From a virus (lineage: Duplodnaviria > Heunggongvirae > Uroviricota > Caudoviricetes): a stretch of 64,000 nucleotides of DNA. The notes beneath the pieces are model-generated. The model did not search any database and had not been told where the DNA came from. It saw only the letters and a program-made list of their open reading frames with translations. Below, piece by piece: positions 20,064-29,329 of this stretch. Position 1 is the stretch's first letter, and every line of letters begins with the position of its first letter. The translations under genes were made by a program, and so were the position numbers. The stretch spans positions 1 through 64,000 of IMG/VR virus record IMGVR_UViG_3300044712_000823. The stretch is one strand, 5' to 3'.

Positions 20064-20351
20064 TTATAACATCCTTATAAGTCCAATTGTGTCAATTGTT
20101 GTCAACAAGATATAGTTAGCCAACATGCCAAATGATTTGCGAGTAAATGCGGCCCAAGCATACAAAGCACACCCAGTAATCCAAATAGGATAGAGTGTAA
20201 GCAAAGGAGGGTTGGGTACTGTGAGAGCCATGGTGATAGCACAAGCGATACTAATGCCCCAAGCAAGCAACTCAACACAAAAACGAAAACGATTAGAGTT
20301 CCAGTCACTACGTATCCAGTCAATAGTTGGCTTCAAAATATCAGTTAGCAT
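20064..20351 (-). CDS. Membrane protein.
   Basis: Three predicted TM segments. Confidence 0.35.
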   Translation of the reverse strand: MLTDILKPTIDWIRSDWNSNRFRFCVELLAWGISIACAITMALTVPNPPLLTLYPIWITGCALYAWAAFTRKSFGMLANYILLTTIDTIGLIRML

Positions 20352-20557
20352 CGACCATCCATGTCTACTTCTTTTCTTTCATTGGTGTAATATTCTTTCA
20401 CGGGAACAATTTCCAATTCGCCGTCAATTTCATAACCACAACCACTCAAGAAATTTTTGAAGTAACCCAACACATCATCAAGTTGGTCTACTTCAAATTC
20501 CATTGTAGTCTTAGGACTCCCAAAGCCTACGAAACTTGATTCAAATTTAAATTTCAT
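20345..20557 (-). CDS. Hypothetical protein.
   Basis: ORF. Confidence 0.3.
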   Translation of the reverse strand: MKFKFESSFVGFGSPKTTMEFEVDQLDDVLGYFKNFLSGCGYEIDGELEIVPVKEYYTNERKEVDMDGRC

Positions 20558-20874
20558 TTTTTCTCACCAAAAACGGGAACTTCCAATTCAACGCCTTTGC
20601 CTTCTTCTTGTGGTTTTACCACCGACACAGGTTTATCTTTTTTAGGGAAACGTTTCTGAATATCATCAGCAGTTACAGTTTGCATTGCAAATTGTTTGAA
20701 TTGTTCATAATCTTCTTTAACCTTCAGTGTTCTAACACCATTTACGGATGCAGAATCATTGAAACTTAACACACAACCGCCTGCAATCAGTGGTGCAATT
20801 TCCAACACCATATCCAAGTTGATGATGACTTTACATTTTTTTTCTTCACTTGTAATTTCCACAAAAAGTGACAT
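20554..20874 (-). CDS. Hypothetical protein.
   Basis: ORF. Confidence 0.35.
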   Translation of the reverse strand: MSLFVEITSEEKKCKVIINLDMVLEIAPLIAGGCVLSFNDSASVNGVRTLKVKEDYEQFKQFAMQTVTADDIQKRFPKKDKPVSVVKPQEEGKGVELEVPVFGEKK

Positions 20875-20969
20875 AATTTTTCTCCAGAGTAAATAAATAA
20901 AAGGTGCCAGTCACGATGCGTCAACATCCACTGGCTCTATGTCTAAGATTTTACAACAGGAGACACAGC

Positions 20970-21509
20970 TTGTCAAGTATATATTCAACAAAATTTTATG
21001 TCTATGCCTACCTGCGTGAAAACGGTACACCTTATTACATCGGTAAAGGTACCGGCAAAAGAGCATGGAGACACTTTAAAAAAGAAATAAAACCACCGAA
21101 AGATAAAAGTAAAATAGTCATATTGGAAAATAATTTGACTGAAATTGGTGCCTTTGCATTAGAAAGGAGATATATTTTTTGGTATGGCAGAAAAGATAAA
21201 AATACTGGCATACTGAGAAATAAAACTGACGGCGGTGACGGTGCTTCTGGTAGAAAATTTAAAATGACAGAAGAACAAAAAAGAAAAATATCCAACGCCA
21301 AAAAAGGTAAAATACCACCATGCATTTTTATCCGGCGTTCATATGAAAATTCCGGAAACCCAAAATCCAAAAAATGTATATCACCTGATGGAAGAGTTTT
21401 TGATTGTGCTAAAGAAGCCGCAATTCAAATGAATATTGGTGTCAAGGCATTACAAAAAAGATGTAGAAATGGTGCAATGGGTTGGTCATATGTAATTGAA
21501 AACAACTAA
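20970..21509 (+). CDS. GIY-YIG homing endonuclease. Proposed TTG start after AGGAG.
   Basis: FYVYAYL...YYIGKGTGKRAWRH motif. The ORF track begins at a GTG at 20904. In-frame ATG at 20916. Confidence 0.65.
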   Translation: MSSIYSTKFYVYAYLRENGTPYYIGKGTGKRAWRHFKKEIKPPKDKSKIVILENNLTEIGAFALERRYIFWYGRKDKNTGILRNKTDGGDGASGRKFKMTEEQKRKISNAKKGKIPPCIFIRRSYENSGNPKSKKCISPDGRVFDCAKEAAIQMNIGVKALQKRCRNGAMGWSYVIENN

Positions 21510-21817
21510 CAAAACCAAAAGAAAAACGCCGGCAAAAAGGAAAAGTTTTTTCCTACGCCTGCGTTTTTCGATTTCTTTGTATAACTTCACCTGATCCAGA
21601 AAAAATTCAAAATTATCCATAATGTAGCCATCTAATGTGATGGTATATTTAGCAGTAGAGTCGGGTGTTAATTATACGAGAAATAATTTTTATTTCCTGT
21701 TCCGCTAACTTATAGCCAGGAAATCTTAGTAGGACATTTTTCCATTCACTTTTTAATTTCTTCAACTCACTTGTAGGTAAAGAAATTAAATGTGAAAGTT
21801 TCCTGTCCATCATATCA

Positions 21818-22030
21818 TCAGTTGAAACTTTTAAAAGCGGTTTTCTCCACTTGGTCTTTTACATAAGAACCAACATCTTCAACTGATTTGAGAATCTGTT
21901 TTGTGAATGTCGTTTCTGCATCAACGAATGAATTAAGAGTCTCACGCACCTTTTCTTCAGTAATGAAAGAATTAACGAAGAATTTCTTTGAGTTTTGAAC
22001 TGTGTCGATAAATGTGTCGTATGCAAACAT
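21818..22030 (-). CDS. Hypothetical protein.
   Basis: ORF. Confidence 0.3.
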   Translation of the reverse strand: MFAYDTFIDTVQNSKKFFVNSFITEEKVRETLNSFVDAETTFTKQILKSVEDVGSYVKDQVEKTAFKSFN

Positions 22031-22141
22031 GGTTTTCTCCTAAAAAAGCGAGGTTAAAAATAGAAACCCGATTGGCGTTTCTGTCTCTATTATATATGCT
22101 TTTTATGTTGCAGTGCAACATTTTTTTCTAGAGTGGCAATA

Positions 22142-22771
22142 CTAAAATGACCATCCACGTTTAAGAAATTTGTCTGTGCGGAACCGATTCGGTTCAACAT
22201 AACCAGTTTTCACCAATTTTTTGTTGTGAATTGCATCCATCTGTGCAACAGAAATATGAAATTTGTCGGTCATTAGATCGTAATATGGCAGACAATGCAC
22301 AAAGTCAAAAGTTTTTCTCATTGACTCATAATCTGCAATGGTAATAAACTGTGCTTTGTTTTTCATGGTGATTGCATTTGCAGTAATTATTTTGCCTAAG
22401 ACACCGGCATCTTGACCACCATAGTTGTCTTTATAATCCGCAATGAAATCACTATATCTCGTGGGAAATATTTTTGCTGAAAAATTTGCATCTTCCGGTG
22501 TTTTAAACCAAAAGTCATAATCGTTTACAGGTTCATCGTGATACAAAGAAGAAATACTTGAACCAGACAATACACATCTTAGTCGTGTATGTTCAACCAA
22601 ATCTACAGGCATCCGACTTGGCTGTGAAATGTATACTGCATTAAAAAGAACTTGAATGTGATGTTTGATTTTGTCTTTCAAAAATAATGCATTATCTTTA
22701 AAATTATCAATTAACATAATTGTATTGTATGTGTCGTTTACATTCATTGACCGAGTGACATTTGTGACCAT
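22142..22771 (-). CDS. Hypothetical protein.
   Basis: ORF. Confidence 0.4.
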   Translation of the reverse strand: MVTNVTRSMNVNDTYNTIMLIDNFKDNALFLKDKIKHHIQVLFNAVYISQPSRMPVDLVEHTRLRCVLSGSSISSLYHDEPVNDYDFWFKTPEDANFSAKIFPTRYSDFIADYKDNYGGQDAGVLGKIITANAITMKNKAQFITIADYESMRKTFDFVHCLPYYDLMTDKFHISVAQMDAIHNKKLVKTGYVEPNRFRTDKFLKRGWSF

Positions 22772-22964
22772 TCACATAAATTACTTTAGGTGAATACACA
22801 AGAATTTCGCCAGCAGACATTTTCAGACGGTAGAAAGTTTTACCTTTCTTGTCAGTCTCTTTGCTTTTAATTCCGGAATAATTGTCTGCGAGACCTGCCC
22901 ACATGAGCATTTCCCGCAGTTCATCCGATACGAGTTTTCTAAACCAATTTGCATTCATATTCAC
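22707..22964 (-). CDS. Hypothetical protein.
   Basis: ORF. Confidence 0.3.
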   Translation of the reverse strand: MNMNANWFRKLVSDELREMLMWAGLADNYSGIKSKETDKKGKTFYRLKMSAGEILVYSPKVIYVNGHKCHSVNECKRHIQYNYVN

Positions 22965-22993
22965 ATCATATCATAAAAAAATTGCATTGGCAA

Positions 22994-23191
22994 TCAATTT
23001 TCGTTTAGGATTTTCCTAAACTTTTCAAACTCATCTTTTTCCAGGAAGAATTCAAACTTTTTATGCAGACCATCGGGATCTTTAGCACCAGAAAAATTGG
23101 TCAAAAATACCACATGCTTCATACCACGTACATCTTGAACATTCAAGAAATATTTGTAGATAGCATTATCACGAGAAATCAAATTCATCAT
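22994..23191 (-). CDS. Hypothetical protein.
   Basis: ORF. Confidence 0.3.
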   Translation of the reverse strand: MMNLISRDNAIYKYFLNVQDVRGMKHVVFLTNFSGAKDPDGLHKKFEFFLEKDEFEKFRKILNEN

Positions 23192-24348
23192 ACAAAACCC
23201 ATCTTTCTTTCAATTGAATTTTTCAGTTCACGGGTATTACGCTTTTCTTTCTCAAAGAAAATATCCGCAATAGACCACTTGTCACGCTGACCATTCAGTT
23301 TAGTTCCAACTTTTACAGCCAGTTTCTCTGCCTGTTCTTGGTTCAGTTCCTTGAAATGCACAATGTCATAACAACGACCAGGACGCACCAATGCAGGATC
23401 AATATCATTGATAGACGGCAGGTTAGTTGAGAAGATAAGTTTCTTGTTGCGTGTAGTCACAAGACCGTCACCAACATTCAGAAACTTATGCATCATCGTA
23501 TTGCCCTCTTTACGTGCCTTCAGAAACATATCTGCATCCTCAAGCACCATCATAGATTTATCACCTTCGATAAACTGTGCGAACACATAATCTTTCTCCA
23601 AAACTGCTGCATCATAAGATACAATAGCAGAAGATTCCGTATGTTGCAGCATACCACGAATGAACGTGGTTTTACCAGTACCTGGCGGTCCAATCAGAAG
23701 AAGAATAGATGCATTCGACTTCATAAAATCATCATAGTAATCTGCGAGAGATTGACCATTGAGGAACGGATACATTTCTTCCACGGGCATACGCTCATGT
23801 TGTAGCGGAATCTCAATAGATGCACCATCATTTGAATACAGCCATTCGATATGGTTAGTAACGAATTGGAAATTCTCAGTGAAAAGAGATTGATATTCAT
23901 CACCAAATTCTTTATCACCAGTCAGTGTGATATTGATATGCGTAGAATGAATGCGATACTGCAACCAATTCATTCCAACATCATCGAACAGATAGCCGGT
24001 GTCCCTACCCACCTGGACGATACGGAGGTCATGTTGCAGAACAGGAAGAAACTCCACCCATTCCTTGTGTGTACAATAGATTCCAAAATCACGTGTGAAA
24101 GTTTCCAGGTTTGCAGAATTACGTGCCTCTAGAATCTTAGATTGAAAGAGATCCGTAATATCAGACAGACCAAGGAAAATTTCATTTTGTGCTTTGTTCA
24201 TAAAGTCATAACCTCTCAAAGTATAATGTTTCAGCATTTTTCGTTTTGTGTTTTTTCGCACACGAACACGCCGGCGAGTAGTTCGGTAACCATCGAGTGC
24301 AATTGCTGCATTGATCCTACGTATAATTGATTGTGCGTTTTCGCTCAT
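23188..24348 (-). CDS. AAA+ ATPase.
   Basis: Walker A (LLIGPPGTGKTT). Walker B (MMVLEDAD). Sensor region. Confidence 0.65.
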   Translation of the reverse strand: MSENAQSIIRRINAAIALDGYRTTRRRVRVRKNTKRKMLKHYTLRGYDFMNKAQNEIFLGLSDITDLFQSKILEARNSANLETFTRDFGIYCTHKEWVEFLPVLQHDLRIVQVGRDTGYLFDDVGMNWLQYRIHSTHINITLTGDKEFGDEYQSLFTENFQFVTNHIEWLYSNDGASIEIPLQHERMPVEEMYPFLNGQSLADYYDDFMKSNASILLLIGPPGTGKTTFIRGMLQHTESSAIVSYDAAVLEKDYVFAQFIEGDKSMMVLEDADMFLKARKEGNTMMHKFLNVGDGLVTTRNKKLIFSTNLPSINDIDPALVRPGRCYDIVHFKELNQEQAEKLAVKVGTKLNGQRDKWSIADIFFEKEKRNTRELKNSIERKMGFV

Positions 24349-25121
24349 TTTTTCGTTTTTAACTTTGTCAAAATTCTAGAATCAATGGCACCAATATTGT
24401 TTAAATCCTTATCTGTATAATCATTTTTCATCAGAACATACTGCATTGCTGCAATACGTGCGGATCGTTTACAGTCAGATTTTACTTGAACCCATGGGCA
24501 CATGGCAATAGAAGTTTCTCGGAACATACGTTCTTTGGCTTCTGTGTACTCATCCCATAAAGTTTGACTCGCTTTATCCACCGGGCTCAGTTTTCCAGTT
24601 TTAAGTGGATGTTTATCTCTTTGTTCAAATCTTCTGTTTTGTTCATCCCGTGTTACGGAAAACCAAAACTTAATGATGTTAATGTTTGCTTCAACCCAAA
24701 TCTTTTCAAGCTTAGGACATTCTTTGTAGAATTGGTTCGTTTGTTCTGGTGTACAGAAACCCATAACAGGCTCAACGCCTGCACGGTTATACCACGACCT
24801 ATCCCAGAAGGTGATTTCACCTGCACGTGGAAATTGATTGATATAACGCTGCCAATACCATTCTTGTTTCTCCAATTCAGTGGGTTTATCCAACGCAACG
24901 ACACGTGCGCCGCGAGGATTAATGTGTTCCATGAATCTTTTGATTGTGCCACCTTTACCTGCGGCATCACGACCTTCGAAAATAACTATGTGTTGGCTTT
25001 TGGTTTCTCGCACATGGTTTTGCCATTTGAGTAATTCAATTTGAAGCAGATACTTCTTACTTTCATACTCTTTTGTTGGCATCACCACGCGACCAGAATC
25101 TTCAAACTCAATTTTTTCCAT
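24345..25121 (-). CDS. Polyphosphate kinase 2 (PPK2).
   Basis: FEGRDAAGKGG Walker A and PPK2 lid motifs. Confidence 0.8.
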   Translation of the reverse strand: MEKIEFEDSGRVVMPTKEYESKKYLLQIELLKWQNHVRETKSQHIVIFEGRDAAGKGGTIKRFMEHINPRGARVVALDKPTELEKQEWYWQRYINQFPRAGEITFWDRSWYNRAGVEPVMGFCTPEQTNQFYKECPKLEKIWVEANINIIKFWFSVTRDEQNRRFEQRDKHPLKTGKLSPVDKASQTLWDEYTEAKERMFRETSIAMCPWVQVKSDCKRSARIAAMQYVLMKNDYTDKDLNNIGAIDSRILTKLKTKK

Positions 25122-25302
25122 CTAACATAAACTTCTTTAGATAATCTTCGACTTGTTCGAACTTTTCCATTGTAGACAATTTATCTTCAATCGCATACAT
25201 TGGATCCAACGTCAGAGTTACATTCAGTAGCGGATGATCCTTTGCACGAATTGTGATTGTATATGGTTTATTTTTCTTTTCCATCTTTTTGGCCCTTTGC
25301 AT
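25108..25302 (-). CDS. Hypothetical small protein.
   Basis: ORF. Confidence 0.3.
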   Translation of the reverse strand: MQRAKKMEKKNKPYTITIRAKDHPLLNVTLTLDPMYAIEDKLSTMEKFEQVEDYLKKFMLDGKN

Positions 25303-25711
25303 TTTTGGATGCAGAGTTTATACCTTCTTCGATATAAGAATCTAGCTTTTGTTCGATCAGTGTCAGAACTTTTTTACCAGTTTCTTGCACCTTTTCATTC
25401 TCTGAAACCTTTTGTGTTGCATATGCACCAACCATAATATATGCAGTTTTTTCGGAAGGAATAAAAATATTAAGAATGGCGGCGACAATAGCCGTGATAC
25501 CAATACGCCGAATTACTTTGTCTAGATTCGACCGTTTTTCGGTTTTATCTTTAATAGTTCTCTCTGAATCCCAACTATTAATGCTCAATTCAATTGAACG
25601 ATACAATAACATGAATATTATTGACATTCCGCCGACCATCATAGTTGAGCCGAGCGTGAATGTCAATGGCGTCAGCAGAGAAATGCCATAAACAAGTAGA
25701 GCCAGATCCAT
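25268..25711 (-). CDS. Membrane protein (partner of SPFH protein?).
   Basis: Multiple TM helices. Downstream of the SPFH gene. Confidence 0.4.
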   Translation of the reverse strand: MDLALLVYGISLLTPLTFTLGSTMMVGGMSIIFMLLYRSIELSINSWDSERTIKDKTEKRSNLDKVIRRIGITAIVAAILNIFIPSEKTAYIMVGAYATQKVSENEKVQETGKKVLTLIEQKLDSYIEEGINSASKNAKGQKDGKEK

Positions 25712-25712
25712 T

Positions 25713-26507
25713 TTATTTCGGCATCATCAGTGCGTTGAAGTTGGCAGGCACAACAATTGTCTGTACTTTACCAGCTTTAATACCTTCGGAGATATTAATC
25801 ATAGCTTGTGCCTGCATGTAAGCAATACTCTGTGCACCTTGATTACTCAGTGCCTGCATACGCTCTGCTTCCATCTTAGCAGTTTTAACTTCAACTTCTT
25901 TTTGCTTCAATTCGTTTTTAGCACGAACCAAATCATTAGCACTAGCAACAACACTGTCGGCAGGAACAATATTACGAATCAACACTTGACTAACAGTCAA
26001 GCTACCATCAAGTTTTTCATCAGTCAACGACTTTTGAATCTGTTCCCGAACAGCTTGTTCCATTGCTTGGCGACTGTCTGCCATATCCAATGCTTCATAC
26101 TTTCGCGCTTCTTTGTAGATAGCATTGCGAGCATTCTGCACAATATAGTTATACATCAAGTAGATATCACCATTGTGTCGAGCATGAAATGCCTGACTCT
26201 TGGTACTATACAGCTCCGCAACCTGTGATTGATTAATATTATAGATAACAACCGCATCGAAATCTTTCATTGTGCTATTATCTTTAGCAACAGGCGTCAT
26301 GTCGTCCAGTTTAACATTAACGTCTTTGATGGGAAAAGTTAGAACATCACCAATCATCGTCTGATTAAACGAACCAGGCAGAAGTTCACCAGATTGAACC
26401 TGCTTATCAAAACCAACACGTACACCAACTTCACCAGTTTCAATGCGGGTGCATCCCGTGGCAAGTACACCGGCGGCAACAAGAACTGACAGACTAAAAC
26501 GTTTCAT
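25713..26507 (-). CDS. SPFH/band-7 (prohibitin/HflC-like) lipoprotein.
   Basis: Start set at MKRFSL (GGAG RBS). Lipobox LATGC. SPFH domain plus coiled coil. Confidence 0.7.
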   Translation of the reverse strand: MKRFSLSVLVAAGVLATGCTRIETGEVGVRVGFDKQVQSGELLPGSFNQTMIGDVLTFPIKDVNVKLDDMTPVAKDNSTMKDFDAVVIYNINQSQVAELYSTKSQAFHARHNGDIYLMYNYIVQNARNAIYKEARKYEALDMADSRQAMEQAVREQIQKSLTDEKLDGSLTVSQVLIRNIVPADSVVASANDLVRAKNELKQKEVEVKTAKMEAERMQALSNQGAQSIAYMQAQAMINISEGIKAGKVQTIVVPANFNALMMPK

Positions 26508-26518
26508 AAAACACTCCA

Positions 26519-26695
26519 TTAAAACAAAATAACAATTACAGCAAGGACAGAAAAAGCCAGTATAGCACAAACGGCAGAATACGTCAAGAGTTTAATAAGT
26601 TCCCATTTTTCTTGGTTTGTCAATTTTCGAATTGTTGGAATTCCTACAAAAAACAATGCAAAGAAAACCAAATAAATCAGGAAAATGCGTGCCAT
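26519..26695 (-). CDS. Small membrane protein (58 aa).
   Basis: Hand-translated ORF filling the gap. Two TM segments. Confidence 0.3.
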   Translation of the reverse strand: MARIFLIYLVFFALFFVGIPTIRKLTNQEKWELIKLLTYSAVCAILAFSVLAVIVILF

Positions 26696-26696
26696 T

Positions 26697-27083
26697 TTAT
26701 ACGCTTACAGCTTCCGTGGAGACCTCTTGTTCGGTGTTAACCTGTGCAGCGGGTGCTGGGGCTTGCACAACAGGTGCAGCCGTTTGTTTACCAACGTATC
26801 GACCGTCATCATTGAATTCATCAACATTCACTAACTGGTATGCAGTAACTTTGCGACCTTCTTTGTGTACCTTGATAATGCCACCATCCTTGCGGATGTT
26901 ATAGATGTTTGTACTCAAACGATACAGTACGCCTTCTTGATCTGTTCCCTTAAAGACGGCTGCAATGTCATCGGGAGAAACGGGACGACCGCATTTCAGA
27001 ATAGCTGCAATTTTTTCGTGGCGATTGATTTTAGTGTTTGTACGCATAATATATTTCCTTTTCAAAAAGATTACCAGATTCAA
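26697..27083 (-). CDS. Putative DNA-binding protein.
   Basis: Winged-helix-like N-terminus. Pro/Ala linker. Confidence 0.35.
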   Translation of the reverse strand: MNLVIFLKRKYIMRTNTKINRHEKIAAILKCGRPVSPDDIAAVFKGTDQEGVLYRLSTNIYNIRKDGGIIKVHKEGRKVTAYQLVNVDEFNDDGRYVGKQTAAPVVQAPAPAAQVNTEQEVSTEAVSV

Positions 27084-27117
27084 TTATAAAGCAGTGGCTG
27101 TCTGGTGTCAACCATTG

Positions 27118-28311
27118 TTAGAACGGAATTTCTTCGTTCAGATTTTTGTTTACAGTTTTTTGTTCCGCCACCTTCTCGGCAACTTTCACATCAACCTTCG
27201 CATACAAATCAAGGAACGAAACCTTGGTTTCTTCATCGAATCGCGCAACGCACAATGCAATTGCTTTGTTGCGGTCTTTGAAAATCGAATATGCTTTCGC
27301 AATATGCACCAAGCGGCGAGTAGAAATGATTTCGTCAATACCACCTTCGCTGAATGTCTTACGAATCACATCAGCCCACTTGACAAGATTCTCCGCAAAC
27401 TCATCATCATTGAGCATGGGTTTCAGAATCTTCAATTCAACTTTGGCATCAGGATAGTCCTGCTCAACAGTAATTGGGAAACGTTCCAGAAACGCATCAT
27501 CAAGAATTTGAGACAGATAACGACCTTCTTCCGAACCACGACCTTTGGTGTTTGCAGTTGCAACCACGTTAAAGCCCTCGGCAGGATGAATATACTCACC
27601 AGATTTTTTGTTGAAGTAGGGTTTACCTTCAAGAATACCCTGCATACACATGAGTTTATTTGAACCACGGTCAACTTCGTCAATCAGAAGAATTGCACCA
27701 CGTTTCATTGCAGTGATAACAGGACCATCACGGTACACCACGTTACCGTCAACAAGAGTGTTTGAGCCGATCAGGTCAGATTCATCCGTTTCAACAGAAA
27801 TATTCACACGAATGCATTCACGACCGAGAACGGCACAAACTTGTTCGACCATCAAAGTTTTACCGTTACCGGAAAGACCAGTAACGAAAACGGGATAGAA
27901 CATCTTCGATTGAACAATGTTCATCAGGTCTTTATAGAAACCGAACGGAACAAAACCAGGAAACTTCTGAGGCACTGCCGTGTCGGAATCATCATGGAGT
28001 TTCTTCTGACGCAACACATGCACACTTGCCGTTTGAACACTTGCAGTTTGTGCCATTGCAATGGTGACAGGTTGTTCCACCTGCTGCACCACTGCTTTGG
28101 TTTGATGAGTACCATCGGGCAGTGCCGGCAGTTTGTACTGACCGCGTTCTGCTCGGTATTCCTGCTTGGTGATGAACCAATAGGGAAAGGGAACATTACG
28201 TTGGTCAACCACACTTTGAATCTGGTCACGGGTGAGGATAGCACTCGAACCGAACATATCAGTTGCAGCCTGAACAAAAGCCTTCGCATTGCGATTCATA
28301 GAAATCTCCAT
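27118..28311 (-). CDS. cobS: CobS-like MoxR-family AAA ATPase.
   Basis: VFVTGLSGNGKT...LLIDEVDRG...ATANTKGRG. CobS architecture. Confidence 0.8.
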   Translation of the reverse strand: MEISMNRNAKAFVQAATDMFGSSAILTRDQIQSVVDQRNVPFPYWFITKQEYRAERGQYKLPALPDGTHQTKAVVQQVEQPVTIAMAQTASVQTASVHVLRQKKLHDDSDTAVPQKFPGFVPFGFYKDLMNIVQSKMFYPVFVTGLSGNGKTLMVEQVCAVLGRECIRVNISVETDESDLIGSNTLVDGNVVYRDGPVITAMKRGAILLIDEVDRGSNKLMCMQGILEGKPYFNKKSGEYIHPAEGFNVVATANTKGRGSEEGRYLSQILDDAFLERFPITVEQDYPDAKVELKILKPMLNDDEFAENLVKWADVIRKTFSEGGIDEIISTRRLVHIAKAYSIFKDRNKAIALCVARFDEETKVSFLDLYAKVDVKVAEKVAEQKTVNKNLNEEIPF

Positions 28312-28329
28312 AACAAAAACACTATTCTA

Positions 28330-29328
28330 TCAAGTTGATTGTTTTTTGGCAAGTGGCCAAGAATAACGGAATGTGGAAGAAGTAGTGGTACTATTTGATA
28401 CAACTTTGGGTTGATACGAATACCTCTGGGTATTTCCCCATTGACCATCACATTGACCATCGTGATAACCTTCTTCATAGTTGTTCGACCACACAATGCC
28501 ATCGTTTTTATAATCACGTTCGAAATAACCATCTTCATAGCCACGTGCATAATCACCAGTACCAACTTTAGGCTCAGGTGCTTTCACACTATTTGCATTG
28601 TGCTGAACGGGCTTGGTGAATTCCTTATCATCGGTAGCATCAAGCCCAACCTCACCAACAACCTCATAGCGGCAGGTACGACCTTTAGAGTTGTTGTAAT
28701 CCACGGGTATAGAAACAACATCACGCGGGTTGATTTTCACAATCACAAGACGGTCGCCACCGAAACTTTTCAGGTACTCCTGCGAACAGAAGTGTAGACC
28801 TGTCGAGCAGGTGTTTTCCGCTTTGTCATCAACCATGTTACGTTCCATTTCACACACAGAACCAACAGAGTTGTCAAACTTACCAGAATGAACGTCAGTA
28901 TAGTCATTACGGACTTTCTTGTAAGCAAGGAAATGGCCATCGGGGGTGATGGGAAGATTGTTCTTCTCAAGGAAACCGTACAGTTCTTGCACGGAACGAT
29001 AAGAAGGATTCTGCATCAGGTTTTCCATGAAAAGAATCATAGGCTCAATCGAGAAACCCTCTTGCAGCATTTCAATCATGCGTTTAGCCATCGAATGGTG
29101 GAACTCTTGACCTTTCCAGTACAGAGTTTCACCTTGAATGGAAACATTACCTTGACCGTAGTTAATTACAACTTTTTTCGGTTCGATAATGTCCTGAACC
29201 AGTTCCCAATCACCTTTCTTAATTGCGTCTTTTACACGCTCATACGTGATATGGGTTTTGGAGATGGTGTGAGTTTTATTACCGATCACCACGGTAATAT
29301 TGGATCCTTGGATAAGAAACGGAAACAT
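28330..29328 (-). CDS. rIIB: rIIB.
   Basis: C-terminal similarity to T4 rIIB (TCSTGLHFCS...PRDVVSIPVDYNNSKGRTCRYEVV). Confidence 0.8.
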   Translation of the reverse strand: MFPFLIQGSNITVVIGNKTHTISKTHITYERVKDAIKKGDWELVQDIIEPKKVVINYGQGNVSIQGETLYWKGQEFHHSMAKRMIEMLQEGFSIEPMILFMENLMQNPSYRSVQELYGFLEKNNLPITPDGHFLAYKKVRNDYTDVHSGKFDNSVGSVCEMERNMVDDKAENTCSTGLHFCSQEYLKSFGGDRLVIVKINPRDVVSIPVDYNNSKGRTCRYEVVGEVGLDATDDKEFTKPVQHNANSVKAPEPKVGTGDYARGYEDGYFERDYKNDGIVWSNNYEEGYHDGQCDGQWGNTQRYSYQPKVVSNSTTTSSTFRYSWPLAKKQST

Positions 29329-29329
29329 T

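Noticed and set aside
21540-21560. Possible terminator after the GIY-YIG gene (AGGAAAA-gtt-TTTTCCT).
   Set aside because: The stem is AT-only with a 3-nt loop and no clean U-tract. It is too weak to call.
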